A stretch of 64,000 bases of DNA from Ginglymostoma cirratum (Eukaryota), in NCBI GenBank assembly GCA_024137785.1, contig JAHRHZ010000003.1, positions 12,295,933 through 12,359,932 of the forward strand, in the 5' to 3' direction. Under the pieces are notes generated by a model. The model had not been told where the DNA came from. It was given only the letters and a program-made list of their open reading frames with translations, and did no database searches. Numbering within the stretch: position 1 is the first letter of the stretch; every line of letters starts with the position of its first letter. The position numbers and the translations under genes are program-made. Below, in pieces: positions 49,960 through 62,862 of the stretch.

Positions 49960-50097
49960 GTGTCTGGCTACAGCATAAAAATCACCATTTTCCAGCCCAT
50001 TCCGGTTCTGAAGAAGATTCTTATCGGACTTGAAATGTGACCTCCCTTTCTCTCTTCCCAGATGCTGCCAGAGCTGTTGAGTTTCTGTTTTTATTTA
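49960..50097 (+). mobile_element. Single PLE-type terminal arm with a decayed hammerhead core
   Basis: ggttCTGAAGAagattcttatcggacttGAAAtgtgacc...cagatgctgccagagctgttgagtttctg. Confidence 0.6.
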
Positions 50098-50555
50098 TGG
50101 CAGGTTTTTTGTTCACTTGAAATGTGCCAAAATATAACACATTCCTCGTGATCACAATTTAAACTGGTAAAAATCCTTTCTTGTTCTGCCAACAGTAGCA
50201 ATCTGGATTTCACTGACGTCCCTGTTAAGTCACCAACTGCTTCATCTCAGCCTGATAGTTTGTTAAACCAATGGGATGCACAGTCAGAGCTGCCCAGGAG
50301 AGGCCAACTGACTTAAGATCTTAAGATCTGTTTTATCAGCACACTCAACATCATAGTTATCAGACCTTGGTGTATCTAAGGAAGATCGAGTTGAGTAACA
50401 TTATTTGGGACAAAGTGTAACTTCTTTTCTCAAATCAGTGTTAAAAATACTTATTTCAATATTTCCTCATTCTCTTATTCTTTGACTCTTATTCTCTTTG
50501 TATGTGGTATCTCCGTCTGGATGTTTTTGCCATCCGTTCTGTTGATCTATCTTAG

Positions 50556-50669
50556 CTCCGGAAACTTATCAGTGACTTTTCTATCTTCACGTCTATTCTG
50601 ATTTTTGTTGGGATTGATGTTCTTTTTGGACTGAACACACCAAAACTTCAAGTGCCTACTGAGCTAAAG
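50556..50669 (+). CDS. SLC4A5: SLC4A5 exon 17 ([15 protein letters not shown]...[11 protein letters not shown])
   Basis: atcttag acceptor, AAG|gtaaat donor. Confidence 0.95.
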
Positions 50670-51856
50670 GTAAATCTCAAGGGCTTTTTTTTATCAGTAC
50701 AATAAATCAAATAAATGGGAAATGGTTTTAAGGTTTATGGAACTGTCCTTTTGTACCCAGGTTCCATCGGTGATGAGATTGATGACCACTCAATGTAAAA
50801 CATAAAGATTCCATATCAATTGAATTCATCTAGATCTACTTCTTGGCAGCAGAGCAGAATGTTGCTCATAAATTCAAAACAATTTTACTGGCTTTTAGAA
50901 TGCTTGGTACTAAAAATATGAATTGGAAACTGTCTGCATCGGCCCTTTTGGAGAGATTGTGTTTCATGCAGATAAGTCAGCTATATTCTGCATCTAACCC
51001 GAAGGCATCTTCACAAAGTTCAAGCTGGATATTATTAAGTCTATACGTTCCATTACCTCATATATTCAAAATCAATTTATTTTGAAAACAATTTGACCTC
51101 TAAATCTTCCAAAGAAAGTAATTTTCTATCTTCAAACGAGGTGTATTATGTTTTAACATTTTAACTGGAGAATTATTTTGTTCTGAGAGGAAATCATTGT
51201 GCCTTCATTTGTCTTTTTTGAGGTACCATGGTGAAGGCACAAAATTCCAAGAGAACAGTGATGAATTCAATAAAAAATGGAAGACAAGATATATCAAATA
51301 GTAAGAATTAGATAACCTAAGTTGGACTTTTTTTAAGCCTGAATATTGCACAGCTAAAGAAAATAGAAGTTTAACAAGTTTAAAAATTGGTACTAAGTTC
51401 AAAGCCAGCTGGAGAGATTAAAATCAAGCCACTTAGCTATTTTGATTTGAGAGCAGTGTTTGCAAACTTCCTCAGTCTTGCCCTTCTCACTCACAACAGT
51501 GCTCCTTTTATATATGTGCTGCGGCAATTTAGATACCACCTGTTTTTTCTTAACTTTGAATGAGGACATTCAACAAACTTAACAATGTAATTAACCAGGC
51601 ATTAACAAGGTTCTATGAAAAATTGGCTTGGAGCCTCTACTTAAACACAAAGATGTGCAGTAAAATCCTCATGCTAACTGTTGAAAAAATCTCAGTGTTC
51701 CAATAATCTCAGTATTTCAAGAGGCTTTTGTGAGTTTAGTTGTGTGTGTGATCTTTCAAACTTCAGTCTGAGGCAAATTAATTTTATAATTTGTCATTAC
51801 ATAGGAAAAACACACAAACTAACCAAATATCCACTCTTTTAAACTTCTCCTCACAG

Positions 51857-52018
51857 CCAACCCGTTCAGATCGAGGCTGGTTTGTTCTTCCCTTTGGTAA
51901 AAATCCCTGGTGGATCTATCTTGCCAGTGCTTTACCTGCTCTCCTAGTAACTATATTGATCTTCATGGACCAACAAATCACAGGGGTAATTGTGAACAGG
52001 AAGGAGCACAAATTGAAG
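51857..52018 (+). CDS. SLC4A5: SLC4A5 exon 18 ([10 protein letters not shown]...[19 protein letters not shown])
   Basis: ctcacag acceptor, AAG|gtaggt donor. Confidence 0.97.
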
Positions 52019-52639
52019 GTAGGTGATTAATTGAAGTGCCAAGCAGGCTAAATACAAGTGCTTTGGTTACACAGCAATAGTTGGTTCAGTGCGAGGAATG
52101 CAACTATTTGGAACCTCCTCAACATTCCTTCGGGAATCAGGAAGGTTTGCAGTGTTACAACAAGGCTGATGTTGATGGCAATTTAAAGTTTATAATCAAA
52201 ACATGGAAATGCTGTTTCTGGAAGTCAGCTTGTCAGCATTTTGCCTTTCGTCAACTCTGAAATTTTGATAACTGATACAGCAAGTGCCTTGATGTAGCTC
52301 TCTCAATAGAGAATGGCTGTCAGCTATTTCTATTCCTTATCCAGCCTCCTACTCACTCACCACTCACCCCTGTACGATTCTCAGACCTTCCACTCCCCAA
52401 TGTTGCAATTAAAGTTGCCTCTGTAACTTCCAACCCATTCAAATTAGACTGCCAACAATCACAAGCTACCTACATCCACCTGGGATCCGAAGAGTGGCCT
52501 ACACGCCCTGTGCCGTCAGACTGTCAATGTCCACGGGAACTTGAATATTTGCTTTGAGCATCTGTCGTTTGTAAGCTCATCGTTTCCAGCTCCTACCTGT
52601 ACCCATGACATCACAAGGAAACAAGATTTCATTTCTGCA

Positions 52640-52858
52640 ATAAAAACAGAAAATGCTGGAGAAATTCAGCAGGTGAGGCAGCATCAGTGGAGAAAGAAAT
52701 AAAGTTAATGTTTAAAGTCCAATATGATTCTTGTTTAGACGTATATGAGACTCAAAATGTTCATTCTGATGGTGCCTGACCTGCTGAGTTTTTCCAGCAT
52801 TTTCTAATTTTTTTTACTTCAGATCACCAGCATCTCCAGTATTTTGCTTTTGTTTTTA
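52640..52858. mobile_element. Older fold-back PLE-derived element
   Basis: aaaatgctggagaaattcagcaggtgaggcagcatcag is inverted against ctgatggtgcctgacctgctgagtttttccagcatttt; tail ccagcatctccagtattttgctttt. Confidence 0.75.
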
Positions 52859-52914
52859 GTTTATTAACTCAGCAACAGCAATTTGCACGTGTTTTGGAGG
52901 GGTTCTGGGACTAA

Positions 52915-53530
52915 TTGATTTAATTTATTTATTATTGCTTTGCGTGCTGTCCAGACAAATCATACTTCATGTAAGTACATCAGAGCAGAATGCAGATTAT
53001 AGTGTTACAGCTACAGAGAAGGTGCAGCGAAAGATCAACTCAAATACTTGAGAGATCCATTCATAAGTCTGGTAACAGTAAGAAGATACTGTTCATTAAT
53101 CTGTTGGTTCTAATTTTTGCATATTCTACCTGATGGAAGAGGGTGGGAAAAAGTATAACTGGGGTGGGAGGGGTTTTTGATTTTACTGGCTGCTTTGCTG
53201 AGGCAACAGGAAGCATAGATGGCGTCAATGGAAGGAAGGCTGGCCTTCAGGATGGACTGGGCCACGTTCACAACTCTCTGTAATTTCCTGTGGTTTTGGG
53301 CAAAGCAGTTGCCATACCAAGCTGTGATGCATCTGGATTGGATGCTTTCTATGGTGCATCTATACGAATTGCTAACAGACACTCACAGTGGACATCCTGA
53401 ATTTCCTTAGACTTCTGACAAAGTAGAGGCATTGATGTGCTTCCTTGACTGTGGCAGCCATGTGGATGGACCAGGGCAGATTGTTGGTGATTTCACCCTT
53501 CGGAACTTCACACTCTCGACTGCTTTGGAG
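52915..53530 (-). mobile_element. Rex1/Babar-type LINE 3' fragment
   Basis: ORFs 53110-53382 and 53372-53608 (YRCTIESI..CITAWYGNC..RKLQRVV; VKEAHQCLYFVRSLRKF). Confidence 0.85.
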
Positions 53531-54020
53531 AAGGCTTCTCATGTAGGATTGATACATGGTAATAGGTCTCTTGTTCAAAAACAAATTAAAATTGACTCGA
53601 ATAATCACACATTTCTAAAGATTTATAACACCATCTCACCTTTATATGCAATAAGAGAGAACATATGACACCTTGTGGGAGCAGATATTTTATTTAAAAT
53701 TCCCTCAAAATTCATTGAATGGAATGGAATTAGTATGGGGCATGCACAACTTTCTGCTTTCAAATCATGACCAGTAGGGAAGAATAATTCTCACATCAAA
53801 TACTTTCATGTGAAATATTTGAAGTCAAGTATGTTCCAGTCATAAAGTTCTCTGAATGATAGACAGCATAAAATTCATACAAGTAAATATGAAATATCTC
53901 CAGTTTTTGTTTACATAAAGTAATATTTGACGTGTGATTCAGTTTAAATCTTGAATGAAACTTGCAGACGACTGGGTACAAATTTGACTTAACTAAACTA
54001 TTTCTCTATCTCTGTTGCAG

Positions 54021-54199
54021 AAAGGAGCTGGTTACCATTTGGATCTGTTCTGGGTTGGTCTTTTACTGGCGATTTGTTCTTTTACGGGTCTGCCATGGTA
54101 CGTGGCAGCAACTGTTATATCTATCGCTCACATTGATGGTTTAAAAATGGAAACGGAAACCAGCGCACCAGGAGAGCAACCACAGTTTCTTGGCGTCAG
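54021..54199 (+). CDS. SLC4A5: SLC4A5 exon 19 ([13 protein letters not shown]...[32 protein letters not shown])
   Basis: tgttgcag acceptor, AG|gtatgt donor. Confidence 0.97.
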
Positions 54200-56132
54200 G
54201 TATGTAAGCACAGAACTGCTGACTTTATTGTTTTCTTTTAAATGCAGTTAAAAGTTTCGTGCCAAGTTTGGACAGATCAAAGGCTGATTTCCATCGAATT
54301 TTAAGAGTTAGGTGTTTTGACTACAAAGTGCTGTTTGATCTAACTCAAAAGTTTTACAAACATTCAGTCTCACTCAGTGTGTATTAAATTCAAAACACGT
54401 TATATGCAGTAAATACTTGTAGGAATTCATGCATTAAAATATCCAAGAGAAAGAATGAACTTTCAGTTCAATGCCTACTGCTGGCAATTCTTACTGACTG
54501 CCTTGCCCGAGGGATCGCTGCTGCGCTAAAAACCATTTCATTATTGCAATCCCACTTGTTACTATCGCAAATTGCGTGTTTCCTGATATCTTCAAACAGG
54601 AGCACTTCTTCAGGTGTCTTGCTAAAAAGTGACGATTCTCCTGCTTTGCGTTCCTGCTTTTCTGCTTGTTTCAGACATCTGACATCTGCAGCCTCTCCGC
54701 TTCCACATTTTTTGCAACTTTTGTACCTGAACCATTTTAATACGTTTCTGTGCCTTTACTGCTGCATATTCTTAAAGCAGATAATAAACTCTAAACTATG
54801 CATATTGGTGTTGTACGTATCGGTCGAGCAGATTGATAATTTCAGCATTCTGAGGTGATAGATGAATGTGCTAATTACCCACATACTCTTTGGTGAATAA
54901 TGCACCACAATTAAAGGGTAATTGTAAACTTGAACAAACTGGCCATTGCATTATAGCGAAGGAAGAAGATCAGACTTAATAAAATACATGGACTAAATTT
55001 TGAATGGCTGTGAATGGGAGAAGTTGTCAAAATCCCGAACTCTAACACTCATCGTTCAGTTAAATGTGCAGTTTAAGCCTGGGACGAATACAAGACAGAA
55101 ATACCAGAAACGCTAGTTTGCTTTGTTAGCTTTAACAGTTCACATCAGCAATCTTCATTGAGCAAAAATCTGTGAAACACTTGGACAATTAACCTCCCGA
55201 GAATTATTTCCCCTGATGGCAACATTCCCTTAACAGCTTTTTGATGCGTTGCCTGTGGTTGTTTTCTAGGATATTACAAGAAACCCGTTCAGGCTAAAGG
55301 GCTTATGATAAGAAGACAGTGCATAAGGTAGAAACTAGCCAATGTCTAAGTTGGTGCTGAATGATGCCATTGCACAGGTTTGGTTAGGATTTATTGAAGG
55401 AACTTTACTTTTATATACGTGTCATAACCTTCAGTTCTGACAACTCCGCTCGTAAATTATTTTATTCATCCAGTAGTGCGTGATCAGTTAAAATCTAGAA
55501 GAAATTGTCCTATGTACCAACCAACCAAGAGTTTTCAGGCCTTAATTTTCTGGGAAGTCGTTGCTACAGATGATATTGGTATTCCACTGTTCTTCTCTCA
55601 GATGTTTAGGGCATCTGAAGTGCACTGTCTGCAGGGAAAGGGACAAGATGGATAGCTGTTCCAGAAAGCTGGGTTCAGTCAAAGGGATGCCTTCACTTCT
55701 GTAACATGTTATGGTTTTACACCTGATTCATTTACACGAAGTGATTTCGGTGTTGAGCTGATGGGAGTTGGAAAGCCCAATTTTAATTGTGGAGTTGGCA
55801 AGTCCTATTTCCAAAGCAGAGTTGGCTGATAACTTTGATAACTTTGCAATGATCCCATTTGTAGACAAATTTGTATTCTGTTGTAATATTCCCTTCAATC
55901 AAATGCTCAGTCCACATTCACAGAAATAATGGTTATTTGGACTAAATCAAGAAGGACAATCTGCCACTGTAGAACTGTGCACACGAAAGGAGTCAATGCC
56001 TTACAGAGAGAGAGGTGGGGAGGAAAACTGTTAAAGAGAAGATTGCCCTTTAATAAAAAAAATACATATGGATGGCAATCCTTCCAGATTTATTGTGCAA
56101 TTAACATTTAAACATTTATTTTCCTTTTCCAG

Positions 56133-56205
56133 GGAGCAAAGGGTTACTGGTATTGTTGTGTTCATCCTGACAGGAATATCTGTATTTCTGGCTCCAATTC
56201 TGAAG
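56133..56205 (+). CDS. SLC4A5: SLC4A5 exon 20 ([24 protein letters not shown])
   Basis: ttttccag acceptor, AAG|gtaagc donor. Confidence 0.96.
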
Positions 56206-56479
56206 GTAAGCTTCACAGTCTGGTAAGTAACAATGTTTAGATATTCTATTAAAGCCCACTTACTAAAATTTCCTTAATCCAAAGGAATCAGTACCTTTGG
56301 AAGTGGATCCAAGAGTTGCCATAACATTACTCATAGTCAAGCAAGTAAGAAATGAACAAAGAGATTGGCTTACTTGCTTCTGGTTCATCTTTTAATTCAT
56401 CGCTGTTATAAGACTATTGGCTATTGAGTCAACCAGATCCAGAACTCACTCAAAGGAACTGTATTTTACCTCCTATTGA

Positions 56480-56745
56480 ATGAAACATTAGATATATCTC
56501 AAGAGGCCACATCAAATTCCATTTCAATTGTCAATGAAGAATTGGGAGCTTCCCCAGTGTCCTGGCCAATATTTAGCCCTCCACCAACTTTACTGACTTT
56601 ATTCTGAGTGACATTTTGCTGTTTGCAGATTAGATTCTGGGTTTCCTACATTGACAGGGACTGCACTGCAAATATAGTTCCTTGGCTGAAAAACTGCTTT
56701 AGGTCATCTTGAGTTTATAAAAGACACATTATTAATGTGAGCTCA
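56480..56745 (+). mobile_element. DeuSINE (SacSINE1-like) 3' fragment
   Basis: gggagcttccccagtgtcctggccaatattta...gtttcctacatt...tgctttaggtcatcttgag. Confidence 0.7.
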
Positions 56746-56949
56746 GCTTATTATCAGACATTCAGGGTGTACATTGGCGCAGTATCATTTTTTCGTCAGC
56801 AGACATTTGGGAAGCCACGATTGGGAATGGGAACGCTAAGGATTTAATTGTTTAATCCCTCATTGTTACCACTTTAGAGAGCCTTAAACTGTTTAAGTAG
56901 CAACATGTACTTTGATGCTATATTAATGACTTATTTTGCTTATTCTCAG

Positions 56950-57018
56950 TACATTCCAATGGCAGTGCTATATGGAGTATTCCTTTATATGGGTGTCTCC
57001 TCTTTAAATGGCATTCAG
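56950..57018 (+). CDS. SLC4A5: SLC4A5 exon 21 (YIPMAVLYGVFLYMGVSSLNGIQ)
   Basis: ttctcag acceptor, CAG|gtaggt donor. Confidence 0.96.
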
Positions 57019-57823
57019 GTAGGTCTGATTTAAGATTAAAATATATCTTCTCTTTCATTGCCTTTGAACAATCACCAGAGCATTAACCCATCAATCAGAT
57101 TAGCATAACTGGAAAAATAACTTAGGGTAAATAGGCTCAGAAATTTTCAGTTCGCAATTGATGTCCCCTGGTGTCACTCATGAACAGGTAAGTTTTGTCT
57201 TATTCTCTGCTTCTGTGCATTCAATGCCAGCTCTGTCGTTCTCTTTCACAATAAACGAGGTTTCTCACACGCTGCCATTTCTCCGTCTCATTTTCTCTCT
57301 TTCTTCAAGCCCCAATGATACTATGGCTCACCTCTAAAATATTCTCAAATTAGGACTTTAATGTCTGTTGTATAATTGCACAATAGAATTACATGTATCA
57401 GTTAATAGGTGCTCCAAACCTGAAACAAGAACTCGTCCAAAATTAGAGTTCTATTTGAATAAGTGATCATGTTAGGTCAGATCTGTACACTGATAATCAT
57501 GTCTTTAACCTAAATAGAATGCACAACCTATTCAGGCTGAACATTAGGCTTGGCAGTCTGCTTGGAATGTAATTTGTACTGCTGCTGATACTCACTCACT
57601 CAGCAGTGACCCAAATTCTGACTCCACCTTCATTCATGCCGGCACCTAGTACTACGATATGCACAGAGGGAAGTTTGACATTGGTGATGACGCTAAATGT
57701 TCAGAAGAGTGCAGGATATGACTTAACTAATCGAAAAAATACTCCTCAAATGAACAATGTAAAGTGGATTACCCTTTATTGTGACTTCAATCTTTGGTCT
57801 TCTTCAAAATTTTCCTTCTCCAG

Positions 57824-57997
57824 TTTTGGGATCGATGCAAATTATTTCTGATGCCCTCCAAACACCAGCCAGATTATACCTATCTTCGCCATGTGCCCCT
57901 CCGCCGGGTCCACTTATTCACCATGGTGCAAGTCATCTGTTTGGCTGTTCTCTGGGTCTTGAAGTCCACTGTGGCAGCAATCATATTTCCTGTCATG
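57824..57997 (+). CDS. SLC4A5: SLC4A5 exon 22 ([17 protein letters not shown]...AAIIFPVM)
   Basis: ttctccag acceptor, ATG|gtaaga donor. Confidence 0.97.
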
Positions 57998-58977
57998 GTA
58001 AGAAGTCATCAGTATTTTACAACATGTTGCTATGGTGTCATAGGCAAGCTTCAAACAAACAACAGCAATTTATATTTACAAAACATCATTAATTAAGTAT
58101 TATTCAGACAGCAATTAATAGTCAGCTGAAGGTATTAGGCAGGTAACCAAAAAGTTGTCAATTAAGTAGGTTTTAAGAAGCATCTTAGAAGGAATGGAAG
58201 ATGAAGAGATGGAGTGGTTTTGGATGGGAACTCTAACATTTAGGGTCTAGTGAACTGAAAACACACAGTTGTCAAAGTTTGGCAAAGAACTTTGGGAATA
58301 TGCTGGAGTCCAGAATTGGATGAACTGGACTGGAGAAGCAAGGCCATGGAGGGATTTAAGCACAAAGATAAGTCTTGAAATTCAAAGTGTTAGTTCAAAA
58401 TCACAACTATTCCAAAATTATAATTATATATGAAGAAGTCAACTTATTTTACTCAGATGTGCTTATAGTCATCCAGATTATATATCCCCAATAGATTCTA
58501 AAAATAGTCAGAATGTTCTCATCCATCAATTGTTAAAAGCTCCAATCATATCAAAGTAGGTGTTTGATTCTGACCTCAAATCCAGTCCATGATTCACCTT
58601 GTTTGATGCAACAGAGTAGGAACGGACTCCAGCTTTGGATTGTGAGATCGTGAAACATTTATTTAAACCTAACCAGTGTCATCAGAATTTGCAGGCCATT
58701 CAACAAAGTGGCCACCATTCTCATGTCTTTTATCATCAACTTTTCTCTTTTTGCCTTTTTGTGTCAAACCTCACCATTGTACCTTTGCTCTCAGAAATTA
58801 AAACTTAACACTAAAATGGGAAAAATTACTGACTTTCTGCCCAGTACAGTTGATTCTTTGTAAATACTGTTATAGTGCAGCAATTGAATTCTGTGTCAAT
58901 TTACTTCAGCAGTTTACAACACTTTTTCACAAATGCTGACCTGCCACGTCTTGTACTTATTTCCATCAACATGCAAG

Positions 58978-59139
58978 ATCCTTGCACTCATCCTAGTGAG
59001 AAAGTTGCTGGACCTGGTTTTCTCCCAACATGACCTTGCTTGGTTAGATGACATTTTACCAGAAAAAGACAAAAAGGAAGAAGACAAGAAGAAAAAAAAG
59101 TTGAAAACCAAAGACCAAGATAGGGACAGTGTTGATGAG
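58978..59139 (+). CDS. SLC4A5: SLC4A5 exon 23 ([41 protein letters not shown]...SVDE)
   Basis: atgcaag acceptor, GAG|gtgagt donor. Confidence 0.95.
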
Positions 59140-59604
59140 GTGAGTCATGTAGCTGTAATAAATTACACACTGTTGTTCCATTTATTTCACACTCTATTTA
59201 TCATGTCATTTTCAACCATTTAGATGAACTGATAAAGAATTAGAAACAAGCAACTAAAAACTTCATCAAGAAGTCACGTTGCTCCCATAATACCAGTAAC
59301 ATGATCATTCATCCATTGGAATGAGTAACAGCATCAAAAGCATCAAGACAGGGTTTCAAATCTTGCTCATGTGGGTCAGATTACTGTTCTCTGCAGTCAA
59401 TTAATGTTCACACTAAATTAAATTTGACCCATAAACCCCCAAACGTCCTGGGTTGAATTTCCCAACTCACGCAGATTAGCTCTCACTGAAATACCTTGAG
59501 CTGTGGCAAAGCCCAACTGCTTCAACAAGCCCATGAATACTGATTAATGATTGATGCCAATCCTAGAAGGCGATCTACGGTCTTTCCCTTGGAAACAAGG
59601 GTCC

Positions 59605-59676
59605 TGTCTCCCTCTCCCTCTCTCTCTCTCACACACACACTCTTACTCTCACTCTCACAGACGCTGTCACACACAT
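59605..59676. repeat. Compound (CT)n/(CA)n microsatellite
   Basis: ctctctctctctcacacacacactc... Confidence 0.85.
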
Positions 59677-60623
59677 TCATAAACACATCTCTTATAATCG
59701 ACACAAGGATATCCTCAAAATCTTTGCCAAGAATCCAACTAGCACACCCCGTACAGTTAAGCATGACCCAGTTTCAAAAAAGAGGTGGGGACAAATCGGC
59801 TGAGGATCCTAAGTTGGAAGATTTCTGCTACTCCCCCCATCATGTCACTCCTCACTACCTCACTACACTGGAGCCTTAACCAACCCCTGGTGTCAAATGT
59901 TGGCACCACACAATTTCACAAGCATAATCAATCCATAAAAATATCGGGATGGTTGAGTGAGCTGTTTTTTTCCATTAGGGAGGAATATTCTCAGGGAGTT
60001 CTGTCCTGTGGATTCATGTGTAGTGTCAAAACACATCATAACTTAGTTAAACCACCAAGGAACTCGTTTATATTTCTTTAAAATTGAAGAAAAGCTCAGG
60101 TAATGAAGGAGGTTACATTGACAAAGTCATAGGGAAAACAATACAGCAGAATACGGGGAACTTGGCTGCATTTAACCCATGCTGTATAAGCGACTATGTT
60201 ATGTGTAGGGTACAGAAACTCACAATTTGTCCATTCCAAACATTCATTGGACCCTGGCATTATCCAAAGTAACTGCTGCTTATGTGGGAAGCTAGACAAG
60301 TCGATTCCAGCCAAACCCAATGCCCAATTTTCAGCAGAATTAGTTCAACAATACCAAACGTCACTTGCCCAAAAGAAAGTGAACCCAATTACTGCAGTGG
60401 TTATTTCACCACAGAGCAGAACAAAACTTGGGACCTCGTATACGGTCTTGATGATATATCCACATTCCCTTTACTTGCAACTTGGGAAACATAACTTTGT
60501 TATTTTAGTGGAATCAGAGCAGTAAACACTGGATTTTATTTCTAATGCTATCTCATGTGAGCATTCATATGATATGCCCTCCCGTTGCGTCAGCTATCAA
60601 AACCTGTTTCCATAAAATAGTCA

Positions 60624-61231
60624 GAGATAACAAGGCGTGGGGCTGGATGAACACAGCAGGCCAAGCAGCATCATAGGAGCAGGAAAACTTGACGTTTCGG
60701 GCCTANNNNNNNNNNNNNNNNNNNNNNNNNNNNNNNNNNNNNNNNNNNNNNNNNNNNNNNNNNNNNNNNNNNNNNNNNNNNNNNNNNNNNNNNNNNNNNN
60801 NNNNNNNNNNNNNNNNNNNNNNNNNNNNNNNNNNNNNNNNNNNNNNNNNNNNNNNNNNNNNNNNNNNNNNNNNNNNNNNNNNNNNNNNNNNNNNNNNNNN
60901 NNNNNNNNNNNNNNNNNNNNNNNNNNNNNNNNNNNNNNNNNNNNNNNNNNNNNNNNNNNNNNNNNNNNNNNNNNNNNNNNNNNNNNNNNNNNNNNNNNNN
61001 NNNNNNNNNNNNNNNNNNNNNNNNNNNNNNNNNNNNNNNNNNNNNNNNNNNNNNNNNNNNNNNNNNNNNNNNNNNNNNNNNNNNNNNNNNNNNNNNNNNN
61101 NNNNNCTGAAGGGTCTCGGCCCGAAACGTCAAGTTTTCCTGCTCCTATGATGCTGCCTGGCCTGCTGTGTTCATCCAGCCCCACGCCTTGTTATCTCGGA
61201 TTCTCCAGCATCTGCAGTACCTTTTATCACC
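60624..61231. mobile_element. Fold-back Penelope-derived element with 15-bp TSD; 400-N gap (60706-61105) at its centre
   Basis: Inverted arms of about 80 bp nearly identical to the 48-kb copy; TSD tccataaaatagtca at 60609-60623 and 61232-61246. Confidence 0.9.
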
Positions 61232-62862
61232 TCCATAAAATAGTCATATATGTTACCAATTATTGATCAATACTAAGAGTTGGTTAAAATTAGCTGAAGA
61301 TCCAATCACTTTGGGTGGATGAACACCTTGCACAAAGGCCATTGGAAGCCTTGACGAAGCAAACATCGTCACAAAGGTGGAGGAGCTAACCCTTGAATTA
61401 TCCAATGACACCACATACTTCAAAACTGTGAAATTTTCTGTGAAAGTGATCCAGACAATGACAAAGCAACTGTAAATGTAGCATCAAGTCTCAATTCGTG
61501 CCTTATAAAGAAGTCGAGCGTGGTAACGATGATACGAATGGACCCACTGTCATGTTTAACATCTGGACTTATCGTCATTCTACATGTTCAGGAAGCACAA
61601 TACTCAGTGCAAAGTGTTGGTTACGTGGTTTGTCTGTTTGTTTGAACAAAATAGTACCTGGACAGATTCTGATGAATTAGCAGTGTTTACAATTCCACAA
61701 CATTAAATTAAACCCTGGGGATTACTAAATTACACTTTCATCTGCAATTATTTTGTGGAGTCCGTTAGTTTGTCAGTGAACCACTCCAGGAACATCTCTA
61801 TACAAAGTTCAATCCAACATCACCTGTATTATAGTGGACTCTACTGGTTACAGAGGAATACTACATCAAAAACAGAGAGCGAGCAACAACTCACTCATAA
61901 AACTACAACATTGTCCATTGCCTCAAACTGAAGACCTGGAAAGAAGCTATTAAAGTATTTTCTTTCTTGACAGAGCAACAAGCTGCATTTGAATGGTACC
62001 TTCAAGAAAGTAAGTCTTCACAAGACACTCACAGGAACATACCTGGACTTAAATTGACACCAAGCTGAAGCAATATGCGGCCAAGTAATCAAAACTTTGG
62101 TCCAAGTGATAGATTTTAAGACGTATCTGAAATATCAAGAGTGAAGTGGTGGTGAGGGAAGCGGGAGGCGGTTTAGACAGCATTGAAAGGGGTTTGTGCG
62201 CAATGACTATATCCATGACCTGACCCAGTGATCAGTTTTGATCATTCACTCTTGGTGCTGGGGTTGAACAGATAATTCCTAGAGTACATTGTGCCTGGTA
62301 CTCATCTTGTCCTAATAAGACATGCGTACATATGAGTTCCTCAGCACAATCACATGATAATGATCAATCAGACCTTTGCCAATTTTCACTGTTTGCTAAT
62401 TGATGGAATACTTTTACCACAAAGCTTGGGATCTTCCTGATCTATGCAAGGAAACCTCACTGATTGCATTGAAATGTAAAACTTATTCTTGCAAAAGTAT
62501 ATCATAGAAGAGAAAGTGGATGAAAGCTTGTATCTTCAAACATAAGATTCAGTATGAAGCTGGACCAAATGACAATACAGAAAAGCAAAGCTGAAGGTTT
62601 GGTGATGAATCAAAGCTGAAATGAGATTCAATTCTGATCTTACTTGGAGAACCATTCTACATAGCTCACACCACAGGATATCAGTTTTCCATGTGAAAAG
62701 TAACAGGCACAAGACTGCCATTCATTGGCACAGTAGCTTGGCTGAGAACAAACCTTCAGATTGCTAGGACTACCTACTATTTAATATACTCACCACATCA
62801 GTTTGTTCCCAAATTCAACAATAATAATACTGCATCTATTAAACTTCTGCCTAAAATTCTAG

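Noticed and set aside
42185-55215. Possible short Harbinger-type MITEs at about 42187-42350, 46860-46975 and 54520-55213
   Set aside because: Only vague terminal words (ggcttgatttt, aaaattcc); I could not verify TIR pairs or TSDs.
59547-59879. ORF with RRRSTVFPLETRV as an extra C-terminal or PDZ exon
   Set aside because: There is no convincing acceptor or donor in frame, no stop after ETRV, and the ORF runs through a CT/CA microsatellite.
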